Assembly (NCBI GenBank): GCA_964447075.1 | Contig: CAYUQY010000005.1 | Span: 1-54,001 of the forward strand | DNA length: 54,001 nt | From: an uncultured Pseudomonadales bacterium | GTDB taxonomy: Bacteria > Patescibacteriota > Microgenomatia > UBA1400 > PJMF01 | Direction: 5' to 3' | Part shown: positions 43,927 through 54,001 of the stretch, in pieces | Layout of the letters: each line of letters starts with the position of its first letter | How positions within the stretch are numbered: position 1 is the stretch's first letter | Notes under the pieces: generated by a model | Told to the model about the DNA's origin: nothing | The model's input: the letters and a program-made list of their open reading frames with translations, nothing else | Databases searched by the model: none | Translations under genes and position numbers: made by a program

Positions 43927-44433
43927 ATGACAAAAACTTTCTACTTATTTCGTCATGGCTTAGCTCGACTGCCAGGTCAAGACTACGGTGATGAAATTTT
44001 CTCAGCTGAGCTGGTTCCTGAAGGGATTCCGCCAATTGAGAGAATGGGCAAGTTTTTGGCACATGAAATGATCGAGGCTTGTTTCACTTCGCCATTTAGA
44101 AGGTGCTTACAAACTGCTGAAATTTTGAAACAAGCTGGGGTCAGAGAGTTCAAAACTGAAGAAAGACTCAAGGAATACGGCCCTGACCAAGAACACAACC
44201 TGCACGAGAATTTTGATCAATTTATGATCAGGATGCATGACGTGGCCAACTTTATTCGTGGTCTGGAGGCTGCCAAGATTGCTCTCTGCACCCATGGCTC
44301 TGTCGTGGCATGCCTGGCTAGACTTCTGGCTGATCGCGAGTTTACCCTAGACAACCTCCATGAATTTCCAAATCCAGGCGAGATAAAGATCTTGACTCCT
44401 AGAGGTGTAGAATACAGGGACTTCAGAAACTAA
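43927..44433 (+). CDS. Histidine phosphatase family protein
   Basis: FRHG, SPFRRCLQTA, RLKE, THG; ATG at 43927. Confidence 0.9.
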   Translation: MTKTFYLFRHGLARLPGQDYGDEIFSAELVPEGIPPIERMGKFLAHEMIEACFTSPFRRCLQTAEILKQAGVREFKTEERLKEYGPDQEHNLHENFDQFMIRMHDVANFIRGLEAAKIALCTHGSVVACLARLLADREFTLDNLHEFPNPGEIKILTPRGVEYRDFRN

Positions 44434-44498
44434 GTTTAGATTTACTTAGTAGTCTTTATAATTTCACCTTAGTTAACTTTTTAACATCTCTACACACT

Positions 44499-45158
44499 AT
44501 GCAGCTCTCCAAACTTTATCAAAAGTACTCCATCATCCCACTTCTACAGCAACACATGATGCGGGTAGCAAGTGTGGCCACACTCATACTCGATAATCTC
44601 AAGACTCCACTCACTCAGACAGAGCGAGAACTAGTCGTCAAAACCTGCCTACTACACGACATGGGTAACATCATCAAGTTCAAACTAGATGAGTTCGCAT
44701 CAGATATTCCAAATGGAGTGCTTAATTTTTGGCAAGAAAAGCAAGCAGAGTACAAAGTTAAATATGGGGACACTGCCCACAAAGCTACTCTGGCTATACT
44801 CACTGAAATCGGTGTTAGCGATAGAGTTAAACAAATTACAGACTCAATCAGCTTTGATTTGGCAGAGAAAAATACTCTAAGTCATGATCTGCCTCTAAAG
44901 ATTTGTGCCTATAGCGACCTGCGTGTCTTACCCGGTGGAGTAGGAACTTTGACAGAAAGACTCTCCGACCTTGAGATTAGATATTCTGATAAATATCCAG
45001 ATATGAGGCAAAAAGTGAGAAGGAAAAAGTTCGATGGTTTTGCCAAGATACTTGAGTCTCAAGTTTTGACTCAAACTACTATTGATGCAAGCATGATAAA
45101 CAATAACTCAATTGAACCAACTATGAAGATATTCGATGATGAGGACTACGCTATATAG
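44499..45158 (+). CDS. HD-domain protein
   Basis: HMMRVA...CLLHDMGNII...ICAYSDLRV. Confidence 0.85.
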   Translation: MQLSKLYQKYSIIPLLQQHMMRVASVATLILDNLKTPLTQTERELVVKTCLLHDMGNIIKFKLDEFASDIPNGVLNFWQEKQAEYKVKYGDTAHKATLAILTEIGVSDRVKQITDSISFDLAEKNTLSHDLPLKICAYSDLRVLPGGVGTLTERLSDLEIRYSDKYPDMRQKVRRKKFDGFAKILESQVLTQTTIDASMINNNSIEPTMKIFDDEDYAI

Positions 45159-45224
45159 AATTCAAGCCATAAGCCAAGATGCTACTGTTCGCTAAGAAGG
45201 TGATCTTTGTTTTGAAAGGACAAT

Positions 45225-46562
45225 ATGATTTTAAAATCACTAAAAAGAAAGTTCTTTCTAGCCGTCGCGCTGCTAGTGGCTTTAGTCATTTATCTAGTAA
45301 TTATCAATAAGTCACTACTCGTGTCTGAGATAGATCTGTGGCTCAAACCAAAAACACAGCTAACCAGTCTTTTAGCTGAACCATCAGCGTCCCCAAAGCA
45401 AGAATTTAGAATTTTGCCGCTAATAGTCAAGCCATCTCCTCCTCCACTCAACTTATCTCAGAGCTGGAATGAGTTTGGTTTTACTGTTCTTAAAAATATT
45501 TCTCACGACAATCATGAAAATATTGTTATCTCCCCCCTGAGCATAGCCATGGCTACATCGCTTGTCTCCAATGGAGCTAGTGGCGATACTCTTCTCAATA
45601 TCCAAAAAACTCTAAATATCTCTGATCAAAATATGACAGAGGTAAATCAGCAAGTAAAGAAATTGCTAGATAATCTTCCAGCAGACAGCGACGAGCTGAG
45701 CCTAAAAATTGCCAACTCTGTCTGGTATCGTGATGGTTTCACACTTTTTCCAGAGTTTCAAAAACTAGCCCATGACTCATACAATGCACAGGTTCAGTCG
45801 TTGGATTTTTCTTCTACATCCGCACCAAACACGATTAACTCTTGGGTTGACCAAAATACAAAGGGAAAAATCAGCAAAATCATCGATGGCCAAATAGATG
45901 AGCTAACCATGATGTACCTCATCAATGCTGTCTACCTCAAAGCCAACTGGACCAACTCCTTCGATCCAAACATTACTCACTATCGACCATTTACCTCAAG
46001 AGATGCTGTTGTCAAACAGGTGATGATGATGAAACAAACCCAGTCTGATTTTCGCTATGCAGAAAGTAGTGAGTATCAAGCCATTGAGTTGCCATACGGT
46101 AAGGATAAAAGATTTGTCATGGCTTTGATCTTACCAAAAATTGACTTACAAGCCTTCGTGGCCAAACTCAATGAAAACAGCTGGCTAGAGATTCGCCGCC
46201 AACTCAAACCTAGTGAGGGAAGCTTGATTTTACCCAAGTTCAAGATCGCCTACAAACAAGAGTTGAAAGAATTCTTACAAAAGATGGGCATGAATAATGT
46301 CTTTAGTGAGAACGCAGATTTTTCACTCTTGTCTGATTTAGTACCACTTTTTGTCAGCCAAGTACTACACAGTGCAGTCATAGAAGTCGATGAAACTGGG
46401 ACAGTAGTAGCAGCAGTAACATCAATAGCGGTCAGTACTATGAGCATTCGTGAAGAACCTAAACGTTTCCTCATGGAGCTCAACAAGCCCTTCATATTTG
46501 TGATTGTAGACACAGAGAGTGAGCAGGTATTATTCTTGGGTGTCCTCAATGAGGTTGAGTAA
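45225..46562 (+). CDS. Serpin family protein, membrane-anchored
   Basis: NIVISPLSI, IANSVW, INSWVDQNTKGKI, LINAVYLKANW, EVDETGT, NKPFIFVI. Confidence 0.93.
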   Translation: MILKSLKRKFFLAVALLVALVIYLVIINKSLLVSEIDLWLKPKTQLTSLLAEPSASPKQEFRILPLIVKPSPPPLNLSQSWNEFGFTVLKNISHDNHENIVISPLSIAMATSLVSNGASGDTLLNIQKTLNISDQNMTEVNQQVKKLLDNLPADSDELSLKIANSVWYRDGFTLFPEFQKLAHDSYNAQVQSLDFSSTSAPNTINSWVDQNTKGKISKIIDGQIDELTMMYLINAVYLKANWTNSFDPNITHYRPFTSRDAVVKQVMMMKQTQSDFRYAESSEYQAIELPYGKDKRFVMALILPKIDLQAFVAKLNENSWLEIRRQLKPSEGSLILPKFKIAYKQELKEFLQKMGMNNVFSENADFSLLSDLVPLFVSQVLHSAVIEVDETGTVVAAVTSIAVSTMSIREEPKRFLMELNKPFIFVIVDTESEQVLFLGVLNEVE

Positions 46563-46591
46563 GATTTCTTGTTCTCTTAGTAAGTATATTA

Positions 46592-47566
46592 TCAAGCGAC
46601 TGGCATTCTGACACCTGCCATAAGTTTGCTAGCTCCCGCGACACTCCCCAACATCACGCTCAAGTCTGAAGTGAGTTGAAGAAGTGGCAAGTAATGCCAA
46701 CTACTAGGCGCAGACTTAATATTTTTGAGAACTGACCAAGAGAGATAAATGGATAAAAGGATTAAAAAAGTAATCCAAAATTTTGGCTGAATCAAGCAAT
46801 AAGTGGCGAGCAGCATTCCTAGAAAATATCTTAAAAAAATAAATGCAACTTTTGGCCTCATTATTCCTGAAAAAGTATCTCCTTTGGCATAACGATAAAT
46901 GGCGTTACTAAAATTGATCAAATTTGAAGGAGCAGTCCAGCTAACTCTAGCCTCTGAGGCAAACTCTATCGGAACTTTCTTTGCTCTCAATTTTCTTGCA
47001 AAGGCGTAGTCTTCGTTGTCGTCAAGAAACTCATCAAATCCTCCCATCATTTGCCAGACTTTTTTTGTCAAAAGCATCGAGCGTGTAGCTGGTAAAAAAA
47101 GCTGTGGATTTATTTTTTCTGGTGGGATGAGGAAGTAAGGAGCTGCTGCTTCTTGAAATCGCGAGCCAGCTGCTGGTTGGTAGTAACCGGCTACGACTAA
47201 ATCAAGGGTATCACTTGTTTTGTGGTTTTTATCATGGTAGTTTTGGTAGGTTGTCACTAACTCTTCTAACCATTTTTCCTCTGGTACACAGCCAGCATCT
47301 GTAATTGCAATTAACTCATGTTTGGCGTGCAGTATCGCTTCATTACGACCCACACTTCGGTTGCCTCTTTTTTGTAAAAGCTTCAACTTGAACTTGGAAT
47401 TTTTTTGAGCGATAAATCTTAGTCTGGTCCAAGTACTATCTACAGATCCACCATCCACTACCACTATCTCACTTGGTAGTAGAGTTTGAGTTTTCAAGCC
47501 ATTTAGTAACTCTTCAATGGTGTTTTCTTCATTTAGAGTGGTAATGATTACAGAAACTTGGATCAT
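46592..47566 (-). CDS. GT2 glycosyltransferase
   Basis: VSVIITTLNEE, VVDGGSVD, IAITDAG, EDYAF. Confidence 0.92.
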   Translation of the reverse strand: MIQVSVIITTLNEENTIEELLNGLKTQTLLPSEIVVVDGGSVDSTWTRLRFIAQKNSKFKLKLLQKRGNRSVGRNEAILHAKHELIAITDAGCVPEEKWLEELVTTYQNYHDKNHKTSDTLDLVVAGYYQPAAGSRFQEAAAPYFLIPPEKINPQLFLPATRSMLLTKKVWQMMGGFDEFLDDNEDYAFARKLRAKKVPIEFASEARVSWTAPSNLINFSNAIYRYAKGDTFSGIMRPKVAFIFLRYFLGMLLATYCLIQPKFWITFLILLSIYLSWSVLKNIKSAPSSWHYLPLLQLTSDLSVMLGSVAGASKLMAGVRMPVA

Positions 47567-47692
47567 ATAGAGTGAATACTTCGAAACTGTTTTAAAAAAT
47601 TAGATTAATGTCCCACTCCAAAACAAAAATGTCACATTTTTGATAAAGTCTAACCAATCATTTTGCACTGTACTGGCTAAAAGTAAAAAGTG

Positions 47693-48790
47693 CTACTTTC
47701 TCCTCCAAAGTTTTTTATACTTTTGCACCACTAGCTCCCAACTTTGAACTCTGGCCCACCCTCTGGCAGGCAGTGAGCCACCGACATGCTTCAGAGTCGA
47801 GTTGACGACTGCACCTACATTTGCTCCAATCTGAATCCAGCTCGCGAATGGTGCCAGACTCAAGTAATCATACTTGAGCGGAGACTGATGTACAGCCACC
47901 ACCTGCAGTCCTGAGGCAAGGGCTTCGAGAATGGTAAGGTAACCGGAAACATAGGCGATCTTGTAAGAACTCCAAGGTATCTGGGAGTTGTCTATAAAGC
48001 CGTGCAGCTTCGCTGGCAGCTGTCCATTTTTAATTCTACTTTCTATTACTTTTCTTAGTTCCCCATCGCCATATATATCTAGACTCACGTTCTTACGTGT
48101 TTTTTGGACAAGGTTCTCTACTGCTCTCAAGTAGAGCTCTATCCCCGTGTCCCTCTCCAAGCGGCCCACAAAGATAATTTTAAGAACCTTCCGACTCACA
48201 CTCGAACTTTGCTGAAAATTCACTTCAGCCCCCATATTATTTAAAGTCTGACTTACTTTTTGGGTTGAGAGATCTACAGCGCCATAGGTCACCACATCTG
48301 GTTTTACTCCATACCACTTCTGATGAAAACTGCCCACACAGATATTCCCAGATGTGAGAGCTGCCGCTGCTCTGTGCCAAAATATCTGTTTTAGAGTTGG
48401 TTTCTCAGATTCAAAGCCATGAAAAGTCATGAAAAATTTCTTCCAAAAAAATACTAGCCTAAAGGGAAGAATCCAAAAAAAGACATCGTGAATGTGAATC
48501 ACCTCAGCATTTCTAATCAACTCTAGATGACACCAAAACCACCACCAAATACCCAACTTCTCACTCCATCGAAAGCGAGTTGCGAAAACTCTAGCTGATG
48601 GTGGGATACGCCATACCTTCACTCTATCCAGAACTTCTTCAAGTGGCAGATTTATATCATGTTGAGTTGTGACAAGAGTTATGTCGTGCTTTTTTAACAA
48701 CTTAGTGACGTTGTAGACGTGATTTTCTACTCCTCCCACATGAGGTGAATACAGTCTGGCTAAAAATAGAATTTTCATGAATTTACTCAA
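47693..48790 (-). CDS. GT4 glycosyltransferase
   Basis: YSPHVGGVENHV, FVGRLERDTG, ILEALASG. Confidence 0.88.
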   Translation of the reverse strand: MSKFMKILFLARLYSPHVGGVENHVYNVTKLLKKHDITLVTTQHDINLPLEEVLDRVKVWRIPPSARVFATRFRWSEKLGIWWWFWCHLELIRNAEVIHIHDVFFWILPFRLVFFWKKFFMTFHGFESEKPTLKQIFWHRAAAALTSGNICVGSFHQKWYGVKPDVVTYGAVDLSTQKVSQTLNNMGAEVNFQQSSSVSRKVLKIIFVGRLERDTGIELYLRAVENLVQKTRKNVSLDIYGDGELRKVIESRIKNGQLPAKLHGFIDNSQIPWSSYKIAYVSGYLTILEALASGLQVVAVHQSPLKYDYLSLAPFASWIQIGANVGAVVNSTLKHVGGSLPARGWARVQSWELVVQKYKKLWRRK

Positions 48791-48852
48791 GTAATTTGGA
48801 CCAATCGCAAATTTTAAATCTATTTTAAAGAGTTGTAGCGTACAAGGATGCC

Positions 48853-50709
48853 ATGAACAAAATCATCAAAAATCTCTTCACCGCGAGGGTCGCTATTCTA
48901 CTCTTTATTTTTCTGAGGACTGCTCTACCTCAGTCAGTTTCAGCTCAAGAAGTGATCTTTCAGGACTCCTTCGATGGCTACGGTAGCTATGCTTGGGCGA
49001 TGCAGCACAGTGCTCAGTATCTCAACTACACCTTGCCTTGCATGTACTATGACCTGCCAGCCAAGTGGGAACGTGTTGATAATCATCTCAACATCAACAT
49101 TGTCAGCATGGCCTGCGTGACTGAGTACACACCTGTAGGCCTAGATGTCTCAACTCTTCCGTACGGTTACGAGTATGAGCACACCATGAAGTTCGTCAAT
49201 AGTTCCTGGCAAGACAGAAATGTACTTTTACTCTGGAAAGATCCTCAGAACTGGTACAACCTGCATATATTTGGAGACTGGATCTGGGTAACCAAGATGG
49301 TCAATGGTAACCCCAATAGCATGAGTGGCTTCAGATATGTTTTTAAACCCGACGCTACATATAACTTCAAGGTTAAGATGTACAAAAATCACATCGTGGA
49401 GTTGTTCATCAACAATGTTGACGCTATAAGATTTGAAGATCCCAAGCCATACTTTACTGGCCCCTACACTATAGGTTTCCAAGCCAGTGTGGGGACTAGC
49501 GTCTCGTACTCACTCACTGAGTTTGATGATGTAGTGGTGAGATCTATTCCACCTCCACCTCCAAAAGACATAAATCTTGGTGTCAAGATTCTCAAGCAAA
49601 TTGATCCGCTCTGGAAAAATGATATCTACGACACGGCTACAACCTGGTCTAGTTCCCCCACTATGGGTAGATGGGGCTGCGCGACCACATCGGTCGCGAT
49701 GATTTTGCAGTACTATAATATTTCTGAGCTACCAAGTGGTGAGTTGCTCACGCCAGCTTCTCTTAATGCTTGGCTGAAGGCTCAGCCAGATGGCTACACC
49801 AGCGCAGGCTATATCAATTGGCAGGCTGCCACTCGCCTCACTCGCTTGATGAGTGCCAAGCTAGGTACACCCAAGCTAGAGTACAGTAGATTGTCGGGAT
49901 CGCTAGAGATCGCCCAAGCAGAGATCCGAGCCAACCGACCTGTCATTATCAATATCCCTGGCCATTTTCTAGTTGCCGATGGCATACCTGAGGATGGAAC
50001 CAAACTCAGTATCAAAGATCCTGTCTACGACTACACAACACTGGACCAGCACAACTCCTCGCTAGTTTCAGTTCGAAAGTTCCTACCTAGCCAAACAGAC
50101 TTAAGTTATTTCTTCATGGAACACTCTGAGGGATTGAAGCTGCAGCTGCTTGATTCACAAACTGGCGCTAGTACTACTCTCGAGTCATTTGCAGACTTAA
50201 TCTATGACCCACTTGAAAACTCTGGAGAGAGCTCTCAATACGTCATCCAAAGAGAAGTTTCTAAGCCCAGTTCTGGAGTGTATGATCTGAAGCTTTCTCG
50301 ATCTGAAGCTGGTCCATACTCGCTTACGTTAATCACTTATGACACTCAAGCTAATCCATTTGTATTTAAGTTATCTGGATTTGTGGGCACAACTCCAACT
50401 CTCTTTCGGTTGAAGTATGATCGCCAAACTCAATCACAACTCACGGCAGTCGTAGATTTTGCTCAAATCCGCCGCGACCTCAAAGTACTGAAGGATTTGA
50501 AACACTTTTCTAAATCGCTCACTTATAGTCAATTAGATCGCACTGCGACACTAGGGCAAGCTGCTACCTCACTCAGCTCACGCTTGCGCTATGCAGCTCT
50601 TCTGCGTACTCAGCTAGCTCAACTTGCCCCCAGCATCTCAAGTCCAGGGCGTGCATTTTTGAATCAAGAAGCAGCTTTCCTTAATACTTATCTAAGGCAA
50701 AGTCCTTAA
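48853..50709 (+). CDS. Secreted C39-like peptidase with N-terminal lectin-like beta domain
   Basis: Signal peptide; QIDPLW, GCATTSVAMIL, GHFLVADG, IKDP. Confidence 0.8.
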   Translation: MNKIIKNLFTARVAILLFIFLRTALPQSVSAQEVIFQDSFDGYGSYAWAMQHSAQYLNYTLPCMYYDLPAKWERVDNHLNINIVSMACVTEYTPVGLDVSTLPYGYEYEHTMKFVNSSWQDRNVLLLWKDPQNWYNLHIFGDWIWVTKMVNGNPNSMSGFRYVFKPDATYNFKVKMYKNHIVELFINNVDAIRFEDPKPYFTGPYTIGFQASVGTSVSYSLTEFDDVVVRSIPPPPPKDINLGVKILKQIDPLWKNDIYDTATTWSSSPTMGRWGCATTSVAMILQYYNISELPSGELLTPASLNAWLKAQPDGYTSAGYINWQAATRLTRLMSAKLGTPKLEYSRLSGSLEIAQAEIRANRPVIINIPGHFLVADGIPEDGTKLSIKDPVYDYTTLDQHNSSLVSVRKFLPSQTDLSYFFMEHSEGLKLQLLDSQTGASTTLESFADLIYDPLENSGESSQYVIQREVSKPSSGVYDLKLSRSEAGPYSLTLITYDTQANPFVFKLSGFVGTTPTLFRLKYDRQTQSQLTAVVDFAQIRRDLKVLKDLKHFSKSLTYSQLDRTATLGQAATSLSSRLRYAALLRTQLAQLAPSISSPGRAFLNQEAAFLNTYLRQSP

Positions 50710-50835
50710 GTGCTCCACCCGCATATACTACCCCTCTCAAGTGAGAGGTGCGCTGATTCCATTGCGAACTGATGTTATTTTGGGAGGTCTATATGATGAT
50801 GTAGAATTGAGGCTTATCAAACCAAAGAAAAGGTC

Positions 50836-51939
50836 ATGCTAAAGAAATCAGTCTTACTCTTCATCATCTTTACTCTTGGATTTTCATTATCTGCCTTTGT
50901 TGCGCCATGGTTTTTTCCAAACACTTTTAGCTGGCTAACTCCCACAAAGAATCTTCAGAGTTCTCAATCAAGTACTTCAGACACCATTAGCCCTAGTCTT
51001 GAGAGTGAACAGGAGTTGGTCATTTTAGGGGAAGTACCCACGACAGTCCCAGCTCCACAATCCTCACCAGAGCCACCCAAAAACATCAAGCTCCTTTTTG
51101 GCGGAGACCTGATGTTTGACCGTCACATCAGATTACATATGGCTAAAAATAGCCCTGAGTTTATTCTCGAGCCACTTAAAAATACATTTGCCAAGTATGA
51201 CATTGTGATCGCCAATCTTGAGGGTCCTGTGACTACTTCGCCATCGAAGAGCGTGAACAGCGTAGTAGGCTCGAGCAGTAACTTCATCTTTACTTTTGAG
51301 CCCAAAATTTTACCCATGCTTTATCAAAATAAATTTACCATCGTCAATATTGGCAATAATCACATCACCAATTTTGGTGAGGCAGGCATCACCCAAACCA
51401 AGGCTTTTTTAACAGAGAATAAGATTAAGTTCTTTGGCAACACCCACTCTGAAAAGTCTCCAAAGGAGCGAGTCTATGTCCACTCTACCACAACTCCAAC
51501 TCTTGCTTTTGTCAACTTTAATCAATTTGTAGCTGGTGGGTTTGAAGCCGCAGTCGCAGATGTGAAGTATGCATCTACCCAAGCCGAGATGGTGATCGTC
51601 ATGCCACATTGGGGCAATGAGTATGAAAGTGTCGCCAATAAGGTTGTTCAAAACTGGGCTCACAAGCTGGTGGATGCAGGCGCCGATCTCATCATTGGCG
51701 GTCACCCCCATGTCATCCAGCAGAGAGAAGAGTATCAGGGGAAAATTATTTACTACTCTCTTGGCAACTTTGTCTTTGATCAATACTTTGAACCCAGAGT
51801 GAAGGAAGGCTTGTTGGTCGGAGTTGAGATTTCTCCAGATGGATCTATCATCACCACTGAGCTCCCCATCAAGATCGAGAAGACTGGTCAGACTCTTCTC
51901 AAGCAACAAGACTCTCCAGAGTCACAATCAGCTCCTTAG
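50836..51939 (+). CDS. CapA/PGA_cap family metallophosphatase
   Basis: GGDLMFDR, NLEGP, IGNNH, PHWGNEY, GGHPHVIQ, YSLGNFVFDQ. Confidence 0.93.
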   Translation: MLKKSVLLFIIFTLGFSLSAFVAPWFFPNTFSWLTPTKNLQSSQSSTSDTISPSLESEQELVILGEVPTTVPAPQSSPEPPKNIKLLFGGDLMFDRHIRLHMAKNSPEFILEPLKNTFAKYDIVIANLEGPVTTSPSKSVNSVVGSSSNFIFTFEPKILPMLYQNKFTIVNIGNNHITNFGEAGITQTKAFLTENKIKFFGNTHSEKSPKERVYVHSTTTPTLAFVNFNQFVAGGFEAAVADVKYASTQAEMVIVMPHWGNEYESVANKVVQNWAHKLVDAGADLIIGGHPHVIQQREEYQGKIIYYSLGNFVFDQYFEPRVKEGLLVGVEISPDGSIITTELPIKIEKTGQTLLKQQDSPESQSAP

Positions 51940-52032
51940 GCCTTATAATCCCATTACAGTAACCTTAAAACCAAGTTTCTCATCTTTATCCAAGCAAAAC
52001 TTCTCATTTGGTTATAGAGCAAGCAACATCCT

Positions 52033-53130
52033 ATGTCTTTCTGGCAACTTTTAGAAAAACCAATCATCGGCCTCTCACCTATGGACGGTGTGACTGATCA
52101 TCCCTTTCGCCACATCACCAAGCGATATGGTGCGCCTAGCGTAATCTACACTGAGTTCACCTCTGTCGAAGGAGTCTGCCACGGAGCCACTAGGCTTCTG
52201 GAAGATTTTCTCTATGACGAGACTCAGCGTCCCATCATCGGCCAGATCTACGGCACCACTCCTGATAGTTTTCGCCAAACAGCTATCGCGCTCTGTCAGC
52301 TAGGCTTTGATGGTATCGACATCAATATGGGCTGTCCTGCCAAGAATGTGGCCCACTCTGGAGCTGGCGCGGCTTTGATCAGAACTCCCAAGTTAGCCCA
52401 ACAAATAATCGCTGCTGTTCAAAAGGGTATTAAAGAATGGCAAGAAGGCTCAACGGTTCTAGACTGCCCCAATCTCTCTGAACAAATTAGAACAGAAGTT
52501 TTGCTCAGAAAAGAAAAATTACCTCTGACTTTTCAAGAAAGTAGAGCCGTGCCAGTTTCTGTTAAAACTCGTATAGGTTATGACTCTATTGCTGTCAAAG
52601 AATGGATTCCCAACCTGCTAGAAATGGGTCTAGCAGCTATCGCCATCCACGGCCGTACGCTCAAACAACAGTACTCAGGCTCAGCGAACTGGGAAGCAAT
52701 TGGACAAGCCGTACAGATACTTAATCAGCTATCAGCCTCCAACTCCACAGTCTATCCTTCTCCCTCAACGCTTATTCTGGGAAATGGAGATGTGATTTCC
52801 AGAAAAGATGCTCTTGAAAAAATTGAGAAGTATCAACTTGATGGAGTACTACTTGGCCGTGCCACTATGGGCAATCCTTTTGTTTTTACTGAAGAGCTGT
52901 CAAGCTCTGATGATGTGCTCAAAAGATTCAAGGTAGCCTATGAACACGCCCTATTATTTGAAAACACATATAGCCACCACGAACACTATAATTTTCTGCC
53001 TATGCGAAAACACTTGGGTTGGTACGTACGAGACGTTTCCAATGCTTCCCTGATTAGGCAGGAAATTTATCAGACTCATACTGCGCAGGAGTTTAAGGAA
53101 GTGATGGAAAAATATGGATTTGCGGTATGA
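52033..53130 (+). CDS. tRNA-dihydrouridine synthase family protein
   Basis: LSPMDGVTD, GIDINMGCPAK, PVSVKTRIG, IHGRT, GNGDV, LLGRA, MRKHLGWY. Confidence 0.93.
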   Translation: MSFWQLLEKPIIGLSPMDGVTDHPFRHITKRYGAPSVIYTEFTSVEGVCHGATRLLEDFLYDETQRPIIGQIYGTTPDSFRQTAIALCQLGFDGIDINMGCPAKNVAHSGAGAALIRTPKLAQQIIAAVQKGIKEWQEGSTVLDCPNLSEQIRTEVLLRKEKLPLTFQESRAVPVSVKTRIGYDSIAVKEWIPNLLEMGLAAIAIHGRTLKQQYSGSANWEAIGQAVQILNQLSASNSTVYPSPSTLILGNGDVISRKDALEKIEKYQLDGVLLGRATMGNPFVFTEELSSSDDVLKRFKVAYEHALLFENTYSHHEHYNFLPMRKHLGWYVRDVSNASLIRQEIYQTHTAQEFKEVMEKYGFAV

Positions 53131-53262
53131 GCTCATTTCTTAGAGCTTAAGTGAACTACTTTTAGACCAGGGGTGAAAAATGAATGAGGTTGTATCTAGT
53201 GGTTGGGAACTGTGGCCTAAGGGAGGTATAATATGTCATCAGTTCTGAGGGAGAAAAAACAA

Positions 53263-53340
53263 GGCCGCTTAGTCTCAGTTGGTTAGAGCGCTCGATTCAC
53301 ATTCGAGAGGTCAGGGGTTCGAGTCCCTTAGCGGCCACCA
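53263..53340 (+). tRNA. tRNA-Val(CAC)
   Basis: Acceptor GGCCGCT/AGCGGCC, anticodon arm CTCGA-TT CAC AT-TCGAG, encoded CCA; TATAAT at 53227-53232 upstream. Confidence 0.93.
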
Positions 53341-53389
53341 AAAAATTTGAGCAGAACTAAAGTCGTAAGCAGCAAATAGTTACTATTTC

Positions 53390-53995
53390 TTAGATTTCAG
53401 AGTTTTGAACTTCCCACTCAAATCCTAGTGGCCAAGCTTTTACAGACTCACTTTCTAGTCTAGGAGCTTGGAGTATTATTGGCTGAGTGGCATCGCTTGT
53501 AGAGAAGTAAGAAAAAGAATCTTGACGCCACTTGTCTCTAGAAAGAGAGGTTACCCGCCCACTCAACTCAGAAGGTTTGGTCTCCGAAAAAACTTGCGTG
53601 AGCAGATTGTATTTTTTATAGGAGATCTCGTCTTCCTCTTTTTTGATCTTAAAGATAAGATTTTCCCTATCCAGAGCAAGATAGACCTCTGTGGCGTCAA
53701 CTGGTATTTCTCGTTCACTCAAGAGTTTTGTACTTTGGCCTTGATAATTAATTGGGATAGCTTGGACTGAAGTAATAAGTGTGCGCCTAGTATCTTCTGA
53801 ACTGACTGTCACGCTTTCTGTACTGTATAAGAGTCTTTCCTGCTTATCTACTCCAATAAAATCTGAATTTATCACTTGCTGTCCAGGTGCTAAATCAGCT
53901 CTCCCATTAGTAGACAGAATTTTAATCAACTGCATCTTGTTAGTATTGTCAACCCCCCATATTTCAGGACAGACTGCGTGAGTACTGTTTAGCAT
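53390..53995 (-). CDS. Hypothetical protein, probably partial at the window edge
   Basis: Open frame runs to the window end; no family recognised. Confidence 0.6.
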   Translation of the reverse strand: MLNSTHAVCPEIWGVDNTNKMQLIKILSTNGRADLAPGQQVINSDFIGVDKQERLLYSTESVTVSSEDTRRTLITSVQAIPINYQGQSTKLLSEREIPVDATEVYLALDRENLIFKIKKEEDEISYKKYNLLTQVFSETKPSELSGRVTSLSRDKWRQDSFSYFSTSDATQPIILQAPRLESESVKAWPLGFEWEVQNSEI

Positions 53996-54001
53996 AAGCG
54001 G

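Noticed and set aside
6979-53981. Remaining short ORFs (60-130 aa) overlapping longer genes on the opposite strand or frame
   Set aside because: Each overlaps a well-supported CDS and lacks recognisable motifs.
1-54001. Recoded UGA, prophage, rRNA or integrase
   Set aside because: Conserved genes end normally at TGA (radC, dinD, toxin), and no phage structural, rRNA or integrase signatures were seen.

Overview
A 54-kb bacterial chromosome segment using the standard genetic code. Its gene content resembles CPR/Patescibacteria, most likely Microgenomates; this is inferred from protein families, not from a database search. It holds seven intact tRNA genes: Ser-GGA, Ser-CGA, Arg-GCG, Ser-TGA, Ser-GCT, an unusual fully paired Ser-ACT, and Val-CAC. 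There is also a hybrid, degenerate Ser pseudo-tRNA. Bases 177-6559 are a decayed tandem duplication of a cassette (dockerin-bearing DUF4832-type enzyme, membrane-anchored cohesin-like protein, RadC). Its junction is a 5'-Ser(GGA)/3'-Ser(CGA) chimeric tRNA, the expected product of unequal crossover between two isoacceptor genes. Bases 13.2-30.2 kb are accessory: an AbiEii-type TA pair, dinD, dinB, and a copper/heavy-metal island. The island carries a multicopper oxidase, a BlaI/M56 pair with two TACA-NN-TGTA boxes, and a CusA/CzcA RND pump with its MFP. It is bracketed by two inverted IS3-family remnants, and several other IS3-like end scars are present. At 34.18-34.29 kb a probably leaderless 15-aa ORF with three consecutive Cys codons overlaps mutually exclusive 1:2, 2:3 and 3:4 hairpins upstream of a frameshifted PIG-L deacetylase, a candidate cysteine-sensing attenuator. 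The right third is mostly housekeeping and envelope genes: a GpsA-glycerol kinase fusion, galU, greA, an MshA-like GT4 plus phosphatase, a serpin, glycosyltransferases, a C39 peptidase, CapA and Dus. No rRNA or CRISPR array was seen. All family assignments come from motif recognition by eye.
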